Shown: in pieces, positions 1-9,376 of the stretch
Layout: each line of letters opens with the position of its first letter
Numbering within the stretch: the first letter of the stretch is position 1
Assembly (NCBI GenBank): GCA_001761425.1
Contig: CP012986.1
Span: 90,001-122,000, forward strand
Source: Candidatus Saccharimonadota bacterium
Lineage (GTDB): Archaea; Nanohalarchaeota; Nanosalinia; Nanosalinales; Nanosalinaceae
Length of the DNA: 32,000 nucleotides
Reading direction: 5' to 3'
Made by a program: the position numbers and the translations under genes
Notes under the pieces: model-generated
Database searches by the model: none
What the model was told of the DNA's origin: nothing
What the model saw: the letters and a program-made list of their open reading frames with translations, nothing else

Positions 1-1321
1 TCTTCCCTGATATACTGTCGATGATGTCGTATTTTCTTCCAAGCATGACTATGAGAGATGTGGCCATCACCGGTACGCCGAGAAGTGTCAGCGTCCACGG
101 ATTGACGAAGTGAGATACGAATACTATCAGGTTAGAGATAGGTGCGATTATGACTTCAAGATTTGAGATCAGTTCAGCGCCGCCGAACGTGTTTGTGAAC
201 CAGGATCCGAATGCCGAGATTCCTGCTCCGGCGTCTACGCCAAGCGATCCCACCATACTCCGAAGGTTAGCCGGCTGGCTCTCCGAAACCGTTCCAAGGA
301 TAACCGTTCCTGCTTTAGGTGATGTGACACTGTTAATTACACTCACGACCTTTGATGCGATAAACTGCGAGTAAAGAGGTGATAGAAGTGCCATTATTCC
401 TCCGAGTATGGAAGCTGCTGGCACATAGTACTTGATCTGATGCTCCTCAAGTAGTTCGAACTCCTCTATCACGTAACGACTCCAGAGTACTGCTAGGAGG
501 CCTATATTTGCCACTAGGTATACGTCCGTGAACCAGAATCTTGCTGAATCAAAAGTTGCTCCTAAGAACCCTCCTACAAGGACTGTAGGTGTGTATGCAG
601 CGACTAAGGCCTTGATATCTTCGTCTATGAATATGATTGCGCCTACAACTAGAGGATAGAGAAGCCAGAGCATCTTTGAGCCACCCCATGTTACTGTGAA
701 GATTCCGAGTGAGAGGCCTGAGATCATGCCGTGTTTCCAGTCTACCTGTTTCCAGGCCTTTGTGAAGAAGATCATCGAGATAAGCATAAAGACTGTTCCG
801 ACAGGTTCTTTATCGAAGAATCCTGCGGATGTTCTGTGCATGACTCCTGTCAGGACTGCGAGGAAGAAAGCTGCTGAGATACCTGTGAATCTGTCGAACA
901 GTTCTTTACCGAGGAAGTACATGAGTACTACTCCTATTGCTCCCATCAGTGCCGGGAAGAACTGTGCGTATTCCATGTAGTTCGGGAAAAATGCTGAAAG
1001 ACCCAGGTTATGCAGGAATGCCGGTGCTGCGATTTCTCCTATTTGTATAGTATGCGTTGGTGTTGCGTAGGGAAAGTATCGTGAGAAATCCAGTGCCGGG
1101 ACGCCTCCAGACAATGCAAGGTGCTGGGAAATTCTGAATATCATGTACGGGTCCAGGGCCTGTAAGTTTTCCAGACCTCTGTTCGGCAGGTTCCTGATCC
1201 AGAGCGAAAGTACGAATAGGAGGCCTACGGATGGTACCGGCCAGTTTTTCTTTACTGCCTCTTTGAAGTTTTCTGGCTGAGAAAGATGTTCTGCCTTTTC
1301 TCTGTACTGGCTCAGGTTCAT
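1..1321 (-). CDS. aglB: Archaeal oligosaccharyltransferase AglB/STT3, N-terminal ~440 aa; the 3' end of the gene lies beyond the window start
   Basis: Absent from the ORF track because it runs off the window edge. My reverse-strand translation from the ATG at 1321..1319 stays open to position 1 (MNLSQYREKAEHLSQPENFKEAVKKNWPVPSVGLLFVLSLWIRNLP...). It has a multi-TM profile and STT3-type loop motifs LDPYMIFR, AGFFDKEP and TVSESQP (compare the SVSE/TIxE motif). The C-terminal WWDYG region would lie outside the window. Confidence 0.8.
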   Translation of the reverse strand, partial: MNLSQYREKAEHLSQPENFKEAVKKNWPVPSVGLLFVLSLWIRNLPNRGLENLQALDPYMIFRISQHLALSGGVPALDFSRYFPYATPTHTIQIGEIAAPAFLHNLGLSAFFPNYMEYAQFFPALMGAIGVVLMYFLGKELFDRFTGISAAFFLAVLTGVMHRTSAGFFDKEPVGTVFMLISMIFFTKAWKQVDWKHGMISGLSLGIFTVTWGGSKMLWLLYPLVVGAIIFIDEDIKALVAAYTPTVLVGGFLGATFDSARFWFTDVYLVANIGLLAVLWSRYVIEEFELLEEHQIKYYVPAASILGGIMALLSPLYSQFIASKVVSVINSVTSPKAGTVILGTVSESQPANLRSMVGSLGVDAGAGISAFGSWFTNTFGGAELISNLEVIIAPISNLIVFVSHFVNPWTLTLLGVPVMATSLIVMLGRKYDIIDSISGK

Positions 1322-1413
1322 TATACTTATTGGGGTTTGATACTAGAGTTTTTATAATCTCTTCCATTTTAACGGCGGAGTGTTTAAAAGGATTCCAATA
1401 CACGCATTTTTCT
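1322..1413. promoter_or_regulatory. Divergent promoter spacer between aglB and secF with two TATA-like boxes
   Basis: gtttttataat at 1348-1358 lies about 30 bp upstream of the aglB ATG on the minus strand. gtttaaaagg at 1382-1391 lies about 28 bp upstream of the GTG at 1414. The spacing fits archaeal leaderless or short-leader transcripts. Confidence 0.35.
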
Positions 1414-2340
1414 GTGAACGCTGAAAAGTACTTTGACAGAGTTTACGAGGATTTTGACAGGTACCTCTGGATTCCTGTAGCTATGATCTTACTGGCTTCC
1501 GGCGTTCTAGGGTTTAATTATGCTACAACCGGAGAGTTCCTGGCAAAAGGGACAGATTTCTCGGGAGGATCCGAGATCCAGTTCGATATCCAGGGAGATT
1601 TCCAGAACTCTGAAATCGAACAGGCCTTCGCCGAAGCAGGCAGAACCCAGACAGATGTTCTTACACAGACCACGGGCAACCAGACACTTACTATCGTAGA
1701 GCTTCCTCCGCCAACCATCGATGAAGAGGAAGCTGCAAATATATTAGGCGATGCAGGGTATGAGGCAGAGGTGATAGGCCTCAGGACGATCTCGGCTGCT
1801 GTTTCCAGCCAGTTCTTCCTCCAGGCACAGATTGCTTTCGTTCTCGCGTTCACCACGATGAGTCTTGTAATTTTCATTGCGTTCAAAGATCTTACTCCTT
1901 CACTAGCTGTTATAATAGCTGCTTTCGGCGACATCGTATTCGCCTCAGCAGGTATGGCAGTGCTGGGAATACCATTAACTCTTGGTTCGCTTGCAGCATT
2001 GCTCATGCTCATCGGTTACTCTGTCGACACAGATATCGTGCTTTCAACCCGTGTTATAAAGAGGAACCGTGGCGAATTGAAGAAAAGAATGTGGAGCTCG
2101 GTCAAGACAGGCACAACTATGAGCATGGGAGGCATAGGAGGTTTTATACTGCTTTACGCAATTTCGTACCTGATGGTAGGGTCTTCAGAGCTTACAAACA
2201 TCGCAGCAGTCATGGTTATAGGCCTTCTTGCAGATATGCCTATTACATGGCTTGGTAACGCAGTTATACTGAAGAAATACAAGGAAGGAGAGTTTGAGAG
2301 GTTTAGAAGATTTGAAGAGGTGATTCCGTCATGGAAGTAA
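1414..2340 (+). CDS. secF: Protein-export membrane protein SecF
   Basis: The ORF-track ORF 1330..2340 starts at a TTG that abuts the aglB start. The in-frame GTG at 1414 leaves a promoter spacer and gives a typical SecF N-terminus (VNAEKYFDRVYEDFDRYLWIPVAMILLASG). It has the SecD/F C-terminal 6-TM domain (GYSVDTDIVLSTRV) and overlaps the secD start. Confidence 0.85.
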   Translation: MNAEKYFDRVYEDFDRYLWIPVAMILLASGVLGFNYATTGEFLAKGTDFSGGSEIQFDIQGDFQNSEIEQAFAEAGRTQTDVLTQTTGNQTLTIVELPPPTIDEEEAANILGDAGYEAEVIGLRTISAAVSSQFFLQAQIAFVLAFTTMSLVIFIAFKDLTPSLAVIIAAFGDIVFASAGMAVLGIPLTLGSLAALLMLIGYSVDTDIVLSTRVIKRNRGELKKRMWSSVKTGTTMSMGGIGGFILLYAISYLMVGSSELTNIAAVMVIGLLADMPITWLGNAVILKKYKEGEFERFRRFEEVIPSWK

Positions 2341-3950
2341 AGGATCTGATGAAGGAATGGAGACTGTGGGTTCTGTTCACTGCTCTTATTGTCTCTACAG
2401 TACTGCTGGCACCTCAGTACGAGACCACGGATTCCGGAGATTACAGGATATCCACAAATCTTGATGAGAGGAAAAGCATCGAGTTCTCCGGAGGAACAAG
2501 AATACTCTTAGGCCTTCAGTCCAATGCTACAGGGGAACAACTGGGCAACCAGGTTGAGCAGATAGAGAGAATACTTGGGATAAGATTATCTGGCTCAGGT
2601 TTCGCGGATACACAGGTCAGGAGCATTGATCTAGGTGGAGGGGAACAGAGGATTCAGGTCCAGACAGGTTCCAGTAATACTACCCGGTTGAAACAGCTTA
2701 TCTCCCAGCAGGGAAGCTTCGAGGCCCGCCTACCAGTTATGGTAGATGGAACGAAGAACTTCACAGTCGATCAAACCTACACCTTTGAACGTGAAAATGA
2801 ATCCGTGATCGCATCAGGGCCTTCCGGGACGATAGGAACGTACCAGGAGGGAGACAGCTTTTCAGCAGGAGAAACACGTTTCCACTTCGTAAATCAGACA
2901 GATCAATCAGCAAGACTTGAAGTTACCGCATACAACGGAGAAGATATAATAGAAGTCCTGACCTCTCAGGGAAGACTTACCGGAGGACAGGGCAACATCC
3001 AGTGGAGCTTCCAGATATCAATAGACCAGGAAGCAGCACAGAGAGTTCAGAAGATAGCACAGAACTACCAGGGCCTTAACCAGTTGACACTTGACAACGG
3101 ACAGCCTGCGATGCTTACATACTACGTCGATGGAAGAGAGGAGACCTCTCTGACTGTCTCATCAGATTTCAAGCGAAGTGTTATTACACAGCCTTCGATT
3201 CAGGGAACTGCAGAGTCACGACAGAAAGCTGTGGATGAACGCAACAGGCTTCAGGCCTTACTTCAGTCCGGGCAGTTACCTGTGCCTGTAGAGGTGCAGA
3301 GTATCAACCAGATCTCTTCCTCACTGGGAGGCGAGTTCTTCTCAGCATCAATAGTATCTATAATCGCAGCCCTCTTCGCAGTAGGAGGGGTCGTCTACGC
3401 ACGGTACAGAGATCCTAGAGTTGTCCTGCCAATTGTACTGACAGGAGCATCCGAAATCTACATCCTGCTCGGGCTCTGGTTCTCCAACTTCGGAACACTC
3501 AGCCTTTCAGCGATCGCAGGTATCGTGGCAGCAGTAGGAACAGGAGTGGACGACCAGATTATCATCACGGACGAATCAACACGTGAAAAGGTCGAATCAT
3601 GGAGCAACAGGATGAAAAAGGCCTTCTTTGTCATTTTCACTTCAGCAGCGTCCACAATCGGTGCCATGGCTCCTATCGTACAGCCAGGACTGATCAGCCT
3701 ATCAGTGACTACCTCAGGAATAGGCCTTATCGGATACACGTTGTATACCAGAGGGACGAACCTTCACTACATCGGTATTGGAGGCCTGGCGGTTATGGTG
3801 GGAATGATTACATCTTCGCTTGAGCCTTCAGGCGCGGCACTTCAGAACATCCACGAGTTCGCATTCACCACGATCTTTGGTATAATGATCGGTATCACGA
3901 TTACGAGGCCTGCTTATGCGAAAACCATCGAATACATCAAACAGGACTAA
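2331..3950 (+). CDS. secD: Protein-export membrane protein SecD
   Basis: 539 aa with an N-terminal TM, a large sequon-rich extracytoplasmic domain and a C-terminal SecD/F TM bundle (GTGVDDQIIITDE). It is translationally coupled to secF by a 10-bp overlap. Confidence 0.9.
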   Translation: MEVKDLMKEWRLWVLFTALIVSTVLLAPQYETTDSGDYRISTNLDERKSIEFSGGTRILLGLQSNATGEQLGNQVEQIERILGIRLSGSGFADTQVRSIDLGGGEQRIQVQTGSSNTTRLKQLISQQGSFEARLPVMVDGTKNFTVDQTYTFERENESVIASGPSGTIGTYQEGDSFSAGETRFHFVNQTDQSARLEVTAYNGEDIIEVLTSQGRLTGGQGNIQWSFQISIDQEAAQRVQKIAQNYQGLNQLTLDNGQPAMLTYYVDGREETSLTVSSDFKRSVITQPSIQGTAESRQKAVDERNRLQALLQSGQLPVPVEVQSINQISSSLGGEFFSASIVSIIAALFAVGGVVYARYRDPRVVLPIVLTGASEIYILLGLWFSNFGTLSLSAIAGIVAAVGTGVDDQIIITDESTREKVESWSNRMKKAFFVIFTSAASTIGAMAPIVQPGLISLSVTTSGIGLIGYTLYTRGTNLHYIGIGGLAVMVGMITSSLEPSGAALQNIHEFAFTTIFGIMIGITITRPAYAKTIEYIKQD

Positions 3951-4717
3951 TGAGAATAGCTATAACAGGTGCAGCGGGAGGTATCGGAGGCGAGGCCTCC
4001 AGAGTCCTCGAGGAAAAAGGACACGAAGTTCTGGCAGTTGATAAAGATAGGGAAGGCCTTGAGGAGCTTGATGTAACTTCTAAACACTGCTTTAATGTTC
4101 GGGATGAGGATGCAGTTGAGAGTTTTGTTGAGGAAAATGATTTCGAAGTTCTTGTGAACTGTGCAGGGTACCAGGAAGCAGGCGCGCTAGAGGATATGCC
4201 TTCCAGGACAGTAGAGGAGATGTTCGGCGACAACGTCTTCGGCATGCTGAACATGATCAGGAACTCTCTACCTATGATCAGAGAGAAAAAGGGCCGGATT
4301 GTAAACGTTTCATCGATCGCTGGCAGGGCGACGGTTCCTTTCTACGGAGTTTATTCAGCTACGAAGTTTTCTGTCGAGGCCTTATCAGATGCACTGCGTG
4401 GAGAGGTCAAAGAGAACGGCGTCGATGTCGTTATAGTCGAACCAGGCTACATAAATACGGGTTTCAACGTGAAAGGCCTGAAAGCAGTGAAACAGTACAT
4501 GCCTGATTCTATATATAGTGAAAAATACGAGGAAAATCTTGAACGAGGAGGTATTCCCGGTACAAACGCGGAAAAGGCAGGTAAAAAAGTTGCGAAGGCT
4601 GTTACAAGTTCAAGGCCTAGAAGAAGGTATACGATCACCTGGTTGGCGTGGCTTGCTCCTAAGATGAAGCGTTTTCTGCCTCGCAGGCTGTTTTACATGA
4701 TTGCGGACAGAGCCTAG
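3950..4717 (+). CDS. Short-chain dehydrogenase/reductase (classical SDR)
   Basis: TGAAGGIGGE Rossmann motif, NCAG, the catalytic S...YSATK triad, and PGYINT. The start overlaps the secD stop (TAATG). Confidence 0.85.
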   Translation: MRIAITGAAGGIGGEASRVLEEKGHEVLAVDKDREGLEELDVTSKHCFNVRDEDAVESFVEENDFEVLVNCAGYQEAGALEDMPSRTVEEMFGDNVFGMLNMIRNSLPMIREKKGRIVNVSSIAGRATVPFYGVYSATKFSVEALSDALRGEVKENGVDVVIVEPGYINTGFNVKGLKAVKQYMPDSIYSEKYEENLERGGIPGTNAEKAGKKVAKAVTSSRPRRRYTITWLAWLAPKMKRFLPRRLFYMIADRA

Positions 4718-5028
4718 CTCAGCTCCATCACTGCTTCCGCTACGTCGTCCGAGTTCTCCAGTGCTTGTTCTGCTTCTTCTCTTGAGGCCTCTGTTTTCTC
4801 CATGACGAGTTCGATGTCGTCTTCTTCAGGGCCTGTGTCTTTCTGTTCTTCTGTATAGTTGCCCTGTAACTGGAACATCTCCTGACCCTGTGCATCGATC
4901 TTGGAGATCTCTGGACTATTGAACACCATTTTCTTATCGCCCACATGGACTTCGACTTTGTCTGCGTTGATTTCTTCCATGTCGACGCCCATCTGCTTCA
5001 TCATCTGCTGCATATTTCCTCCAAACAT
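4714..5028 (-). CDS. nac: Nascent polypeptide-associated complex protein (archaeal NAC alpha)
   Basis: MFGGNMQQMMKQMGVDMEEI... NAC domain followed by a C-terminal UBA-like segment (IELVMEKTEASREEAEQALENSDDVAEAVMELS). Confidence 0.85.
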   Translation of the reverse strand: MFGGNMQQMMKQMGVDMEEINADKVEVHVGDKKMVFNSPEISKIDAQGQEMFQLQGNYTEEQKDTGPEEDDIELVMEKTEASREEAEQALENSDDVAEAVMELS

Positions 5029-5047
5029 ACCCTTGAATTATACCTTG

Positions 5048-5057
5048 TTTTTTAAAT
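5048..5057 (+). promoter_or_regulatory. TATA-like box for the DUF112 membrane-protein gene
   Basis: ttttttaaat is centred about 33 bp upstream of the ATG at 5086. Confidence 0.35.
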
Positions 5058-5085
5058 CCGTATGCGTCCTAACCCAAACAGGAAA

Positions 5086-6268
5086 AATGCTTGATCTAGT
5101 GCTGGCGACAGGCCTCGGCGTACTCCTGGGAATATTTACAGGCTTTATTCCGGGTATTCATCCCAACACAGTTGTGTTCTCCAGCTTCCCGCTTTACTTC
5201 TCCTTCCAGATAGAGTTCACAGCATATGTATCCTTTATAGCAGGTCTTTCTGTCTGCCATACATTCCATGACTTTTTACCTGCTATATACCTGAATACTC
5301 CATCTGCAGAATCAGCAGTTGCCAGCCTTCCAGGAGCAGAGATGGCAGGGGAAGGAAAAGGGCCTACAGCATTCTTCCACACAGTCTATGGAGGCCTTAC
5401 AGCTGTCTTCGCCGTTATACTTTTGACTCCTCTGCTTTTTCTCTTCCTTGAACCTCTCTACAGTTACGCTACCTCATTCATGCCGTTTATCCTTGTCTTT
5501 TTCCTCCTGTTCATAGTTATCAGCAACGGGAGTCTTTCAGGCCTTTTTGTCGCCTCTGTATCCGGTATTCTAGGATTGCTTGCTTTCAGGCAGCCTGTGA
5601 ACCAGAGTTTTATCCTGATGCCTGTTTTCGCAGGTCTTTTCGCTGTTCCTGCTGTTATCGAGGTCTGGAGAAGCGATAAAGATATAGTGGATCAGGAGGA
5701 GGCTGAGGAAAGTTTCTCCCTGCGAGGAGGCCTTGTGGGCTTTGTTTCAGGGCTCATCGCTGGTACTGTTCCTGGTGTAGGTGCTGGTGCTGGTACTTCT
5801 TTTCTGTCGCCTCTTATAGAAAAGAGGGAGGAGGTTCTTACAGGCCTCGGTGCTGTTAACACTTCGGACATTTTTGTGTCTTTGATAGTGCTTTTCTTGC
5901 TGGAGAAGGCTCGTTCCGGTGCTTCTGTGGCTGTGAATACTCTTGGAAATTTGACTCCTAGCCTTTTGGCTGTAACATATGGTTCAAGTCTCGTGGCAGT
6001 AGGCCTTTCTGTTCTCCTTGTTCCGTACACTCACGATGTCTTTCTGGGAGCTGTCAAATCTTTAAAGGTCAGAAATATTTTAGTTGCTGTTTTAGGCCTT
6101 ATCTGTGGTTTAACTATTTATTTCACTGGTTTTCCAGGCTTTTTGACTTTACTGACCTCATCTGCTATAGGCCTCTTGGCATGGCGTGAGGACTGCAGGA
6201 TATGCGGTATGGCGGTGCTTATTGTGCCTGCGCTGTTTTTCTATCTGGATATGGGTATTTTTATTTAG
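5086..6268 (+). CDS. TctA/DUF112-family integral membrane protein
   Basis: ORF-track ORF 4901..6268 trimmed to the ATG at 5086 (MLDLVLATGLGVLLGIFTGFIPGIHPNT), because the upstream extension is antisense to nac. It is polytopic with a duplicated GxxPG(I/V)G pattern typical of the TctA/DUF112 family. Confidence 0.7.
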
Positions 6269-6289
6269 GCCTGGGATAAATTCTGGTTT

Positions 6290-7291
6290 ATGGATCTGCA
6301 GAAAGGTTTCCTTATCTCTGTTACGCTTTCCCTGCTTTTCATCTCACTGCAGATGCTGGAGCCTTTCCTGGGTTATCTTCTGGGAACTGTGATGGTGGCG
6401 TTCGTTCTTTATCCTCTGCAACGGCGTATGGCACCGAGGATAGGTCCGAGAGTCTCAGCCTTTACTTTGATTATTTTCACTTTACTTGCTGCTGTCATAC
6501 CTCTAGGCCTTGCTGTTAACGCCGTTGTAGATGATGCAAGAGGTCTCTCGGATAACCTGAACGGCACTGATTTCATCAAGACAGATGAGATAGAGGGACA
6601 GATATCCGAATTGACAGGTCGGGAAATGGATATCGACGGCGAGATAGACGGTTTTATCAGCGAGCTGGCATCTCAGGCTATCGGAGGCGCACCCCAGGTT
6701 ATAGGTATCGTTACAGACCTGTCTATAGGCCTTTCCATATCGTTTTTCGTGCTTTTCTACATGCTGAAAGATGGTAAGGACTTCAAGGCCTGGCTGAAAG
6801 AAACAACTCCTTTACCAGACCATATCCAGGACAAGCTTTACGGTAAAACGTACAAGACGACATGGGCAGTGGTTAAAGGTCATGTTCTAGTTGCTATCGC
6901 ACAGGGAAGTATGGCCGGGTTAGGCCTTATGATAGCCGGTATTGAGAGCTATGCGTTCTGGACTTTCGTTATGATCCTGCTGGCGTTCATCCCTATGGTC
7001 GGGGCTTTCCTGGTCTGGGGTCCTGCAAGCCTCTATCTTTTCGTCACCGGAAGGCCTGCGCAGGGAGTCTTCCTGGCTATCTGGGGAGCGGTGGCGGTAG
7101 GTTTTACCGATAACTTCCTGAGGCCTATTCTTGTGGAGCGAGATGCTGATCTGCATCCTGCGATAATTCTTATAGGGGTTATAGGAGGCCTCTATGTGTT
7201 CGGCTCTGCGGGCATATTCATGGGACCGATCGCTCTCGGGGTTTTGAAGTCAGTGCTTGAGGTCTTCAGGAACAACTACGATGAGCTGTGA
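6290..7291 (+). CDS. AI-2E family transporter (PerM/UPF0118-type permease)
   Basis: 333 aa and about 8 TM segments. The family-typical C-terminal half reads FIPMVGAFLVWGPASLYLF...GFTDNFLRPILV...GLYVFGSAGIFMGP. Confidence 0.8.
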   Translation: MDLQKGFLISVTLSLLFISLQMLEPFLGYLLGTVMVAFVLYPLQRRMAPRIGPRVSAFTLIIFTLLAAVIPLGLAVNAVVDDARGLSDNLNGTDFIKTDEIEGQISELTGREMDIDGEIDGFISELASQAIGGAPQVIGIVTDLSIGLSISFFVLFYMLKDGKDFKAWLKETTPLPDHIQDKLYGKTYKTTWAVVKGHVLVAIAQGSMAGLGLMIAGIESYAFWTFVMILLAFIPMVGAFLVWGPASLYLFVTGRPAQGVFLAIWGAVAVGFTDNFLRPILVERDADLHPAIILIGVIGGLYVFGSAGIFMGPIALGVLKSVLEVFRNNYDEL

Positions 7292-8102
7292 ACCACGGTT
7301 TTTAAACCTGGGAAAGGCATGGTTATCCGTGGTTGAAGCCGGAAAGGCCTCTGTTTATTCTGTAGTTTTACTTCTCGTCTTCTCTATACCGGTTGCTTCG
7401 CAGCAGGTGGATATACAGGAGAGTTCAGAGGGTTTCAATGCGTTCGTCAATACGAACTTCTCAAGTAGCTTCCAGATGGATATAGGTACAGGCCTCGAGG
7501 AGATAAGTCTTGAGGACAGCGACGGCAGTTACTCTATGACAGAAAGGCCTGAAAAGAAGACCAGGAAGTTTGTCAGCCCTCATGGCAGTTTGAAGGTAGA
7601 GAAGACTCCAAATATGTCAGTTGAGACGGTAAGAACGCCTTATGGAGTTCTGAAGACCGGTTTCAGGGAAGGGGAGAATATCTCCAGTTTTTCAGGGCCT
7701 GAAGATTTGAAAGACAGGGTTCGGGAGATCAGAGAGAAGTTGAAGAGCAATCTCAGTGTAAGCAGGCGTGAGGCCTCGGTAAAGAAAAGCGTGGTTATGG
7801 AAAAGATGCTTCCTGATGTCTCTTTAAGCCATGAGTTCGGAGACAGTGAGAGTATAACGATCTCGAATGATGAAGAAGAAAGTATTTCTCTGGACGGCTG
7901 GAAGGTAAAGAACAGCGATCCAGACGTTTACGAGCTGAAGAAAACTCTTTCACCGGGAGAAGAGGTTGTTCTCTATCCGAAAGAAGCCGGAAATGTTACA
8001 GAAAATGCTGTGGAAAGTACAGGGGTCGATATAGATGAGACAGAGGATAGTTTGACCCTTGAGAACCGTTTAGGCAGGGAGATAGATTCCGAGACGTGGT
8101 AA
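7281..8102 (+). CDS. Secreted acidic protein with a C-terminal lamin-tail-like (LTD) domain
   Basis: Hydrophobic signal-like segment VYSVVLLLVFSIPVASQQ. The C-terminus ITISNDEEESISLDGWKVKNSDPDVYELKKTLSPGEEVVLY matches the LTD pattern (N..xxxDLSGWxL...Y.F....L.PG..V.V). There are several N-x-S/T sequons. The start is uncertain: TTG 7257, ATG 7281 or GTG 7329. Confidence 0.55.
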   Translation: MSCEPRFLNLGKAWLSVVEAGKASVYSVVLLLVFSIPVASQQVDIQESSEGFNAFVNTNFSSSFQMDIGTGLEEISLEDSDGSYSMTERPEKKTRKFVSPHGSLKVEKTPNMSVETVRTPYGVLKTGFREGENISSFSGPEDLKDRVREIREKLKSNLSVSRREASVKKSVVMEKMLPDVSLSHEFGDSESITISNDEEESISLDGWKVKNSDPDVYELKKTLSPGEEVVLYPKEAGNVTENAVESTGVDIDETEDSLTLENRLGREIDSETW

Positions 8103-8111
8103 GGCCTTTTT

Positions 8112-8393
8112 CTAGATTTCTTCCAGTTCTCCGTTGACCCTGTATTTTTTGTCTCTGAATATTCTGTTGAGTGTTTTCTCTTCTTCCTCTGCAACGACGA
8201 CTACTTCTCCGAAAAGGTCTTTAAGGCCTAATTGAAGCGTGTTTTTCAGTTCAAAAAATGCTCCGAATATGAGGAACATATAGAGCAGTACTGTGAGGGA
8301 TGTGGTGTTGTAACCTAGTGTGTTTACGACAAGAAATGCTGCGCCTGCTGTAAGGAGGCCCTGTATTGCTCCTCTTTCGAGTGCGCGTTTCAT
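8112..8393 (-). CDS. Small membrane protein, function unknown
   Basis: 93-aa ORF with two predicted TM helices and an acidic C-terminal tail. I recognise no family. Confidence 0.5.
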   Translation of the reverse strand: MKRALERGAIQGLLTAGAAFLVVNTLGYNTTSLTVLLYMFLIFGAFFELKNTLQLGLKDLFGEVVVVAEEEEKTLNRIFRDKKYRVNGELEEI

Positions 8394-8397
8394 TGGT

Positions 8398-8769
8398 TTA
8401 TTCTGGTTTTCTGGTTTCTTCGTATGGGTCTTCTATTCTTTTGATGTCTTCAGGCTTGTAGGGGAATGATATTTCGAGTATTTCTGCGACCTGGCTGTCG
8501 ATGTTCTGGAGCTGGTGTTTCTGTCCTGATCTGATGACCAATGCGTTTCCACGCTCCAGCTCCTTCATGCCGTCTTCCATCCTGACGACTACAGTGCCTT
8601 CCTGGAGGTAGATGATGTCCGTCTGCTTCTGGTGCAGAGCGTAGGAAGTCATCTCGTCGCCGTTGATAACCAGTTTTCTTATACCTAGCATGCCGGTCTG
8701 TTCGCCGATCTCTATCTGAGTCATCAGGACCTGATCCTCGTAACCCCATGGCTTGTCAATGCGACCCAT
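8398..8769 (-). CDS. Cupin-domain protein (mannose-6-phosphate-isomerase-type cupin_2)
   Basis: KPWGYE...LVINGDEMTSYALHQKQTDIIYLQEGTVVV...LVIRSGQKHQLQN is a typical single cupin barrel. Confidence 0.7.
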   Translation of the reverse strand: MGRIDKPWGYEDQVLMTQIEIGEQTGMLGIRKLVINGDEMTSYALHQKQTDIIYLQEGTVVVRMEDGMKELERGNALVIRSGQKHQLQNIDSQVAEILEISFPYKPEDIKRIEDPYEETRKPE

Positions 8770-8816
8770 ACAAATCTAAGACCAGTCAAACTTATTATAA
8801 ATTCCGATAAGTTTCC

Positions 8817-9356
8817 TCAGAGAAGATCCCGCTCCACCAGGAACTTCTGGGTAGGCGCTGTAAGCTCCAGAGAACCTACCTCTTCAAGGCTTATCCATTC
8901 CAGTTTTTCCGCTTCTTCATTGGAAGAAGTATCAGGCCTTTCGCCCAGCCTCAGGGTGTAAAGGCTCCAGTCATGAATATCGCATCCTCTCCTGCATGGA
9001 TCATCGATCTTTCCACTGAAGATTTTTTCAAAGGCCTCAGCTCCTTTTTCTATACCTGTCTCTTCTATGACTTCTCTGGTGACTGCTATGTCCGGATCCT
9101 CGTTTTTCTCCATGTGTCCTGCGGGAATACTGTATTTGTAGGGGTATTTTCTTCTCTTGAGAAGAAGTACTTCGCCGTCGTTGATGATAAGCGCGCCGAC
9201 GCTACGGTGTATTACTTCTCCGTCTTCTCTGTAGTATTCAAGGCCTTTGTTCTTGATTATTCTCTCGTTTACGTGGCCTCTGGAGCACCTGTATCTTTCC
9301 TCACCGTTTTTTTCGATTACTTCGACTTCTTCGATTCCACATTCTATGCATTTCAT
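8817..9356 (-). CDS. NUDIX hydrolase with an N-terminal zinc-ribbon
   Basis: A CxxC...CxxGH ribbon (MKCIECG...YRCSRGH) followed by the Nudix box GHMEKNEDPDIAVTREVIEETGIE (Gx5Ex7REUxEExGU). Confidence 0.85.
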   Translation of the reverse strand: MKCIECGIEEVEVIEKNGEERYRCSRGHVNERIIKNKGLEYYREDGEVIHRSVGALIINDGEVLLLKRRKYPYKYSIPAGHMEKNEDPDIAVTREVIEETGIEKGAEAFEKIFSGKIDDPCRRGCDIHDWSLYTLRLGERPDTSSNEEAEKLEWISLEEVGSLELTAPTQKFLVERDLL

Positions 9357-9376
9357 TTTTCTGATTTCACCTTTTT

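Noticed and set aside
150-1403. ORF-track ORFs 150..374(+), 696..980(+) and 1008..1403(-) as genes.
   Set aside because: All three lie inside, antisense to, or out of frame with a long open minus-strand frame (1..1321). That frame encodes a convincing AglB/STT3 N-terminus. The short ORFs have no recognisable features, and 1008..1403 would run through the aglB start and its promoter spacer.
1518-4254. Antisense or alternative-frame ORFs within secF, secD and the SDR gene (1518..2012, 3458..3739, 3599..3823, 3937..4254).
   Set aside because: These are shadow ORFs fully overlapped by genes with strong family signatures. Their low-complexity S/A/P/R-rich translations are typical of non-coding frames.
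4901-5085. A 62-aa N-terminal extension of the DUF112 membrane-protein ORF, and ORF 4740..4946(-).
   Set aside because: The extension is antisense to the well-supported nac gene. An internal ATG at 5086 is preceded by a TATA-like box and begins the hydrophobic protein proper. ORF 4740..4946 is an alternative frame of nac with an R/K-rich nonsense-like sequence.
8450-8749. A 99-aa Arg-rich ORF on the minus strand.
   Set aside because: It is an alternative frame of the cupin gene 8398..8769, which has a clear domain match.
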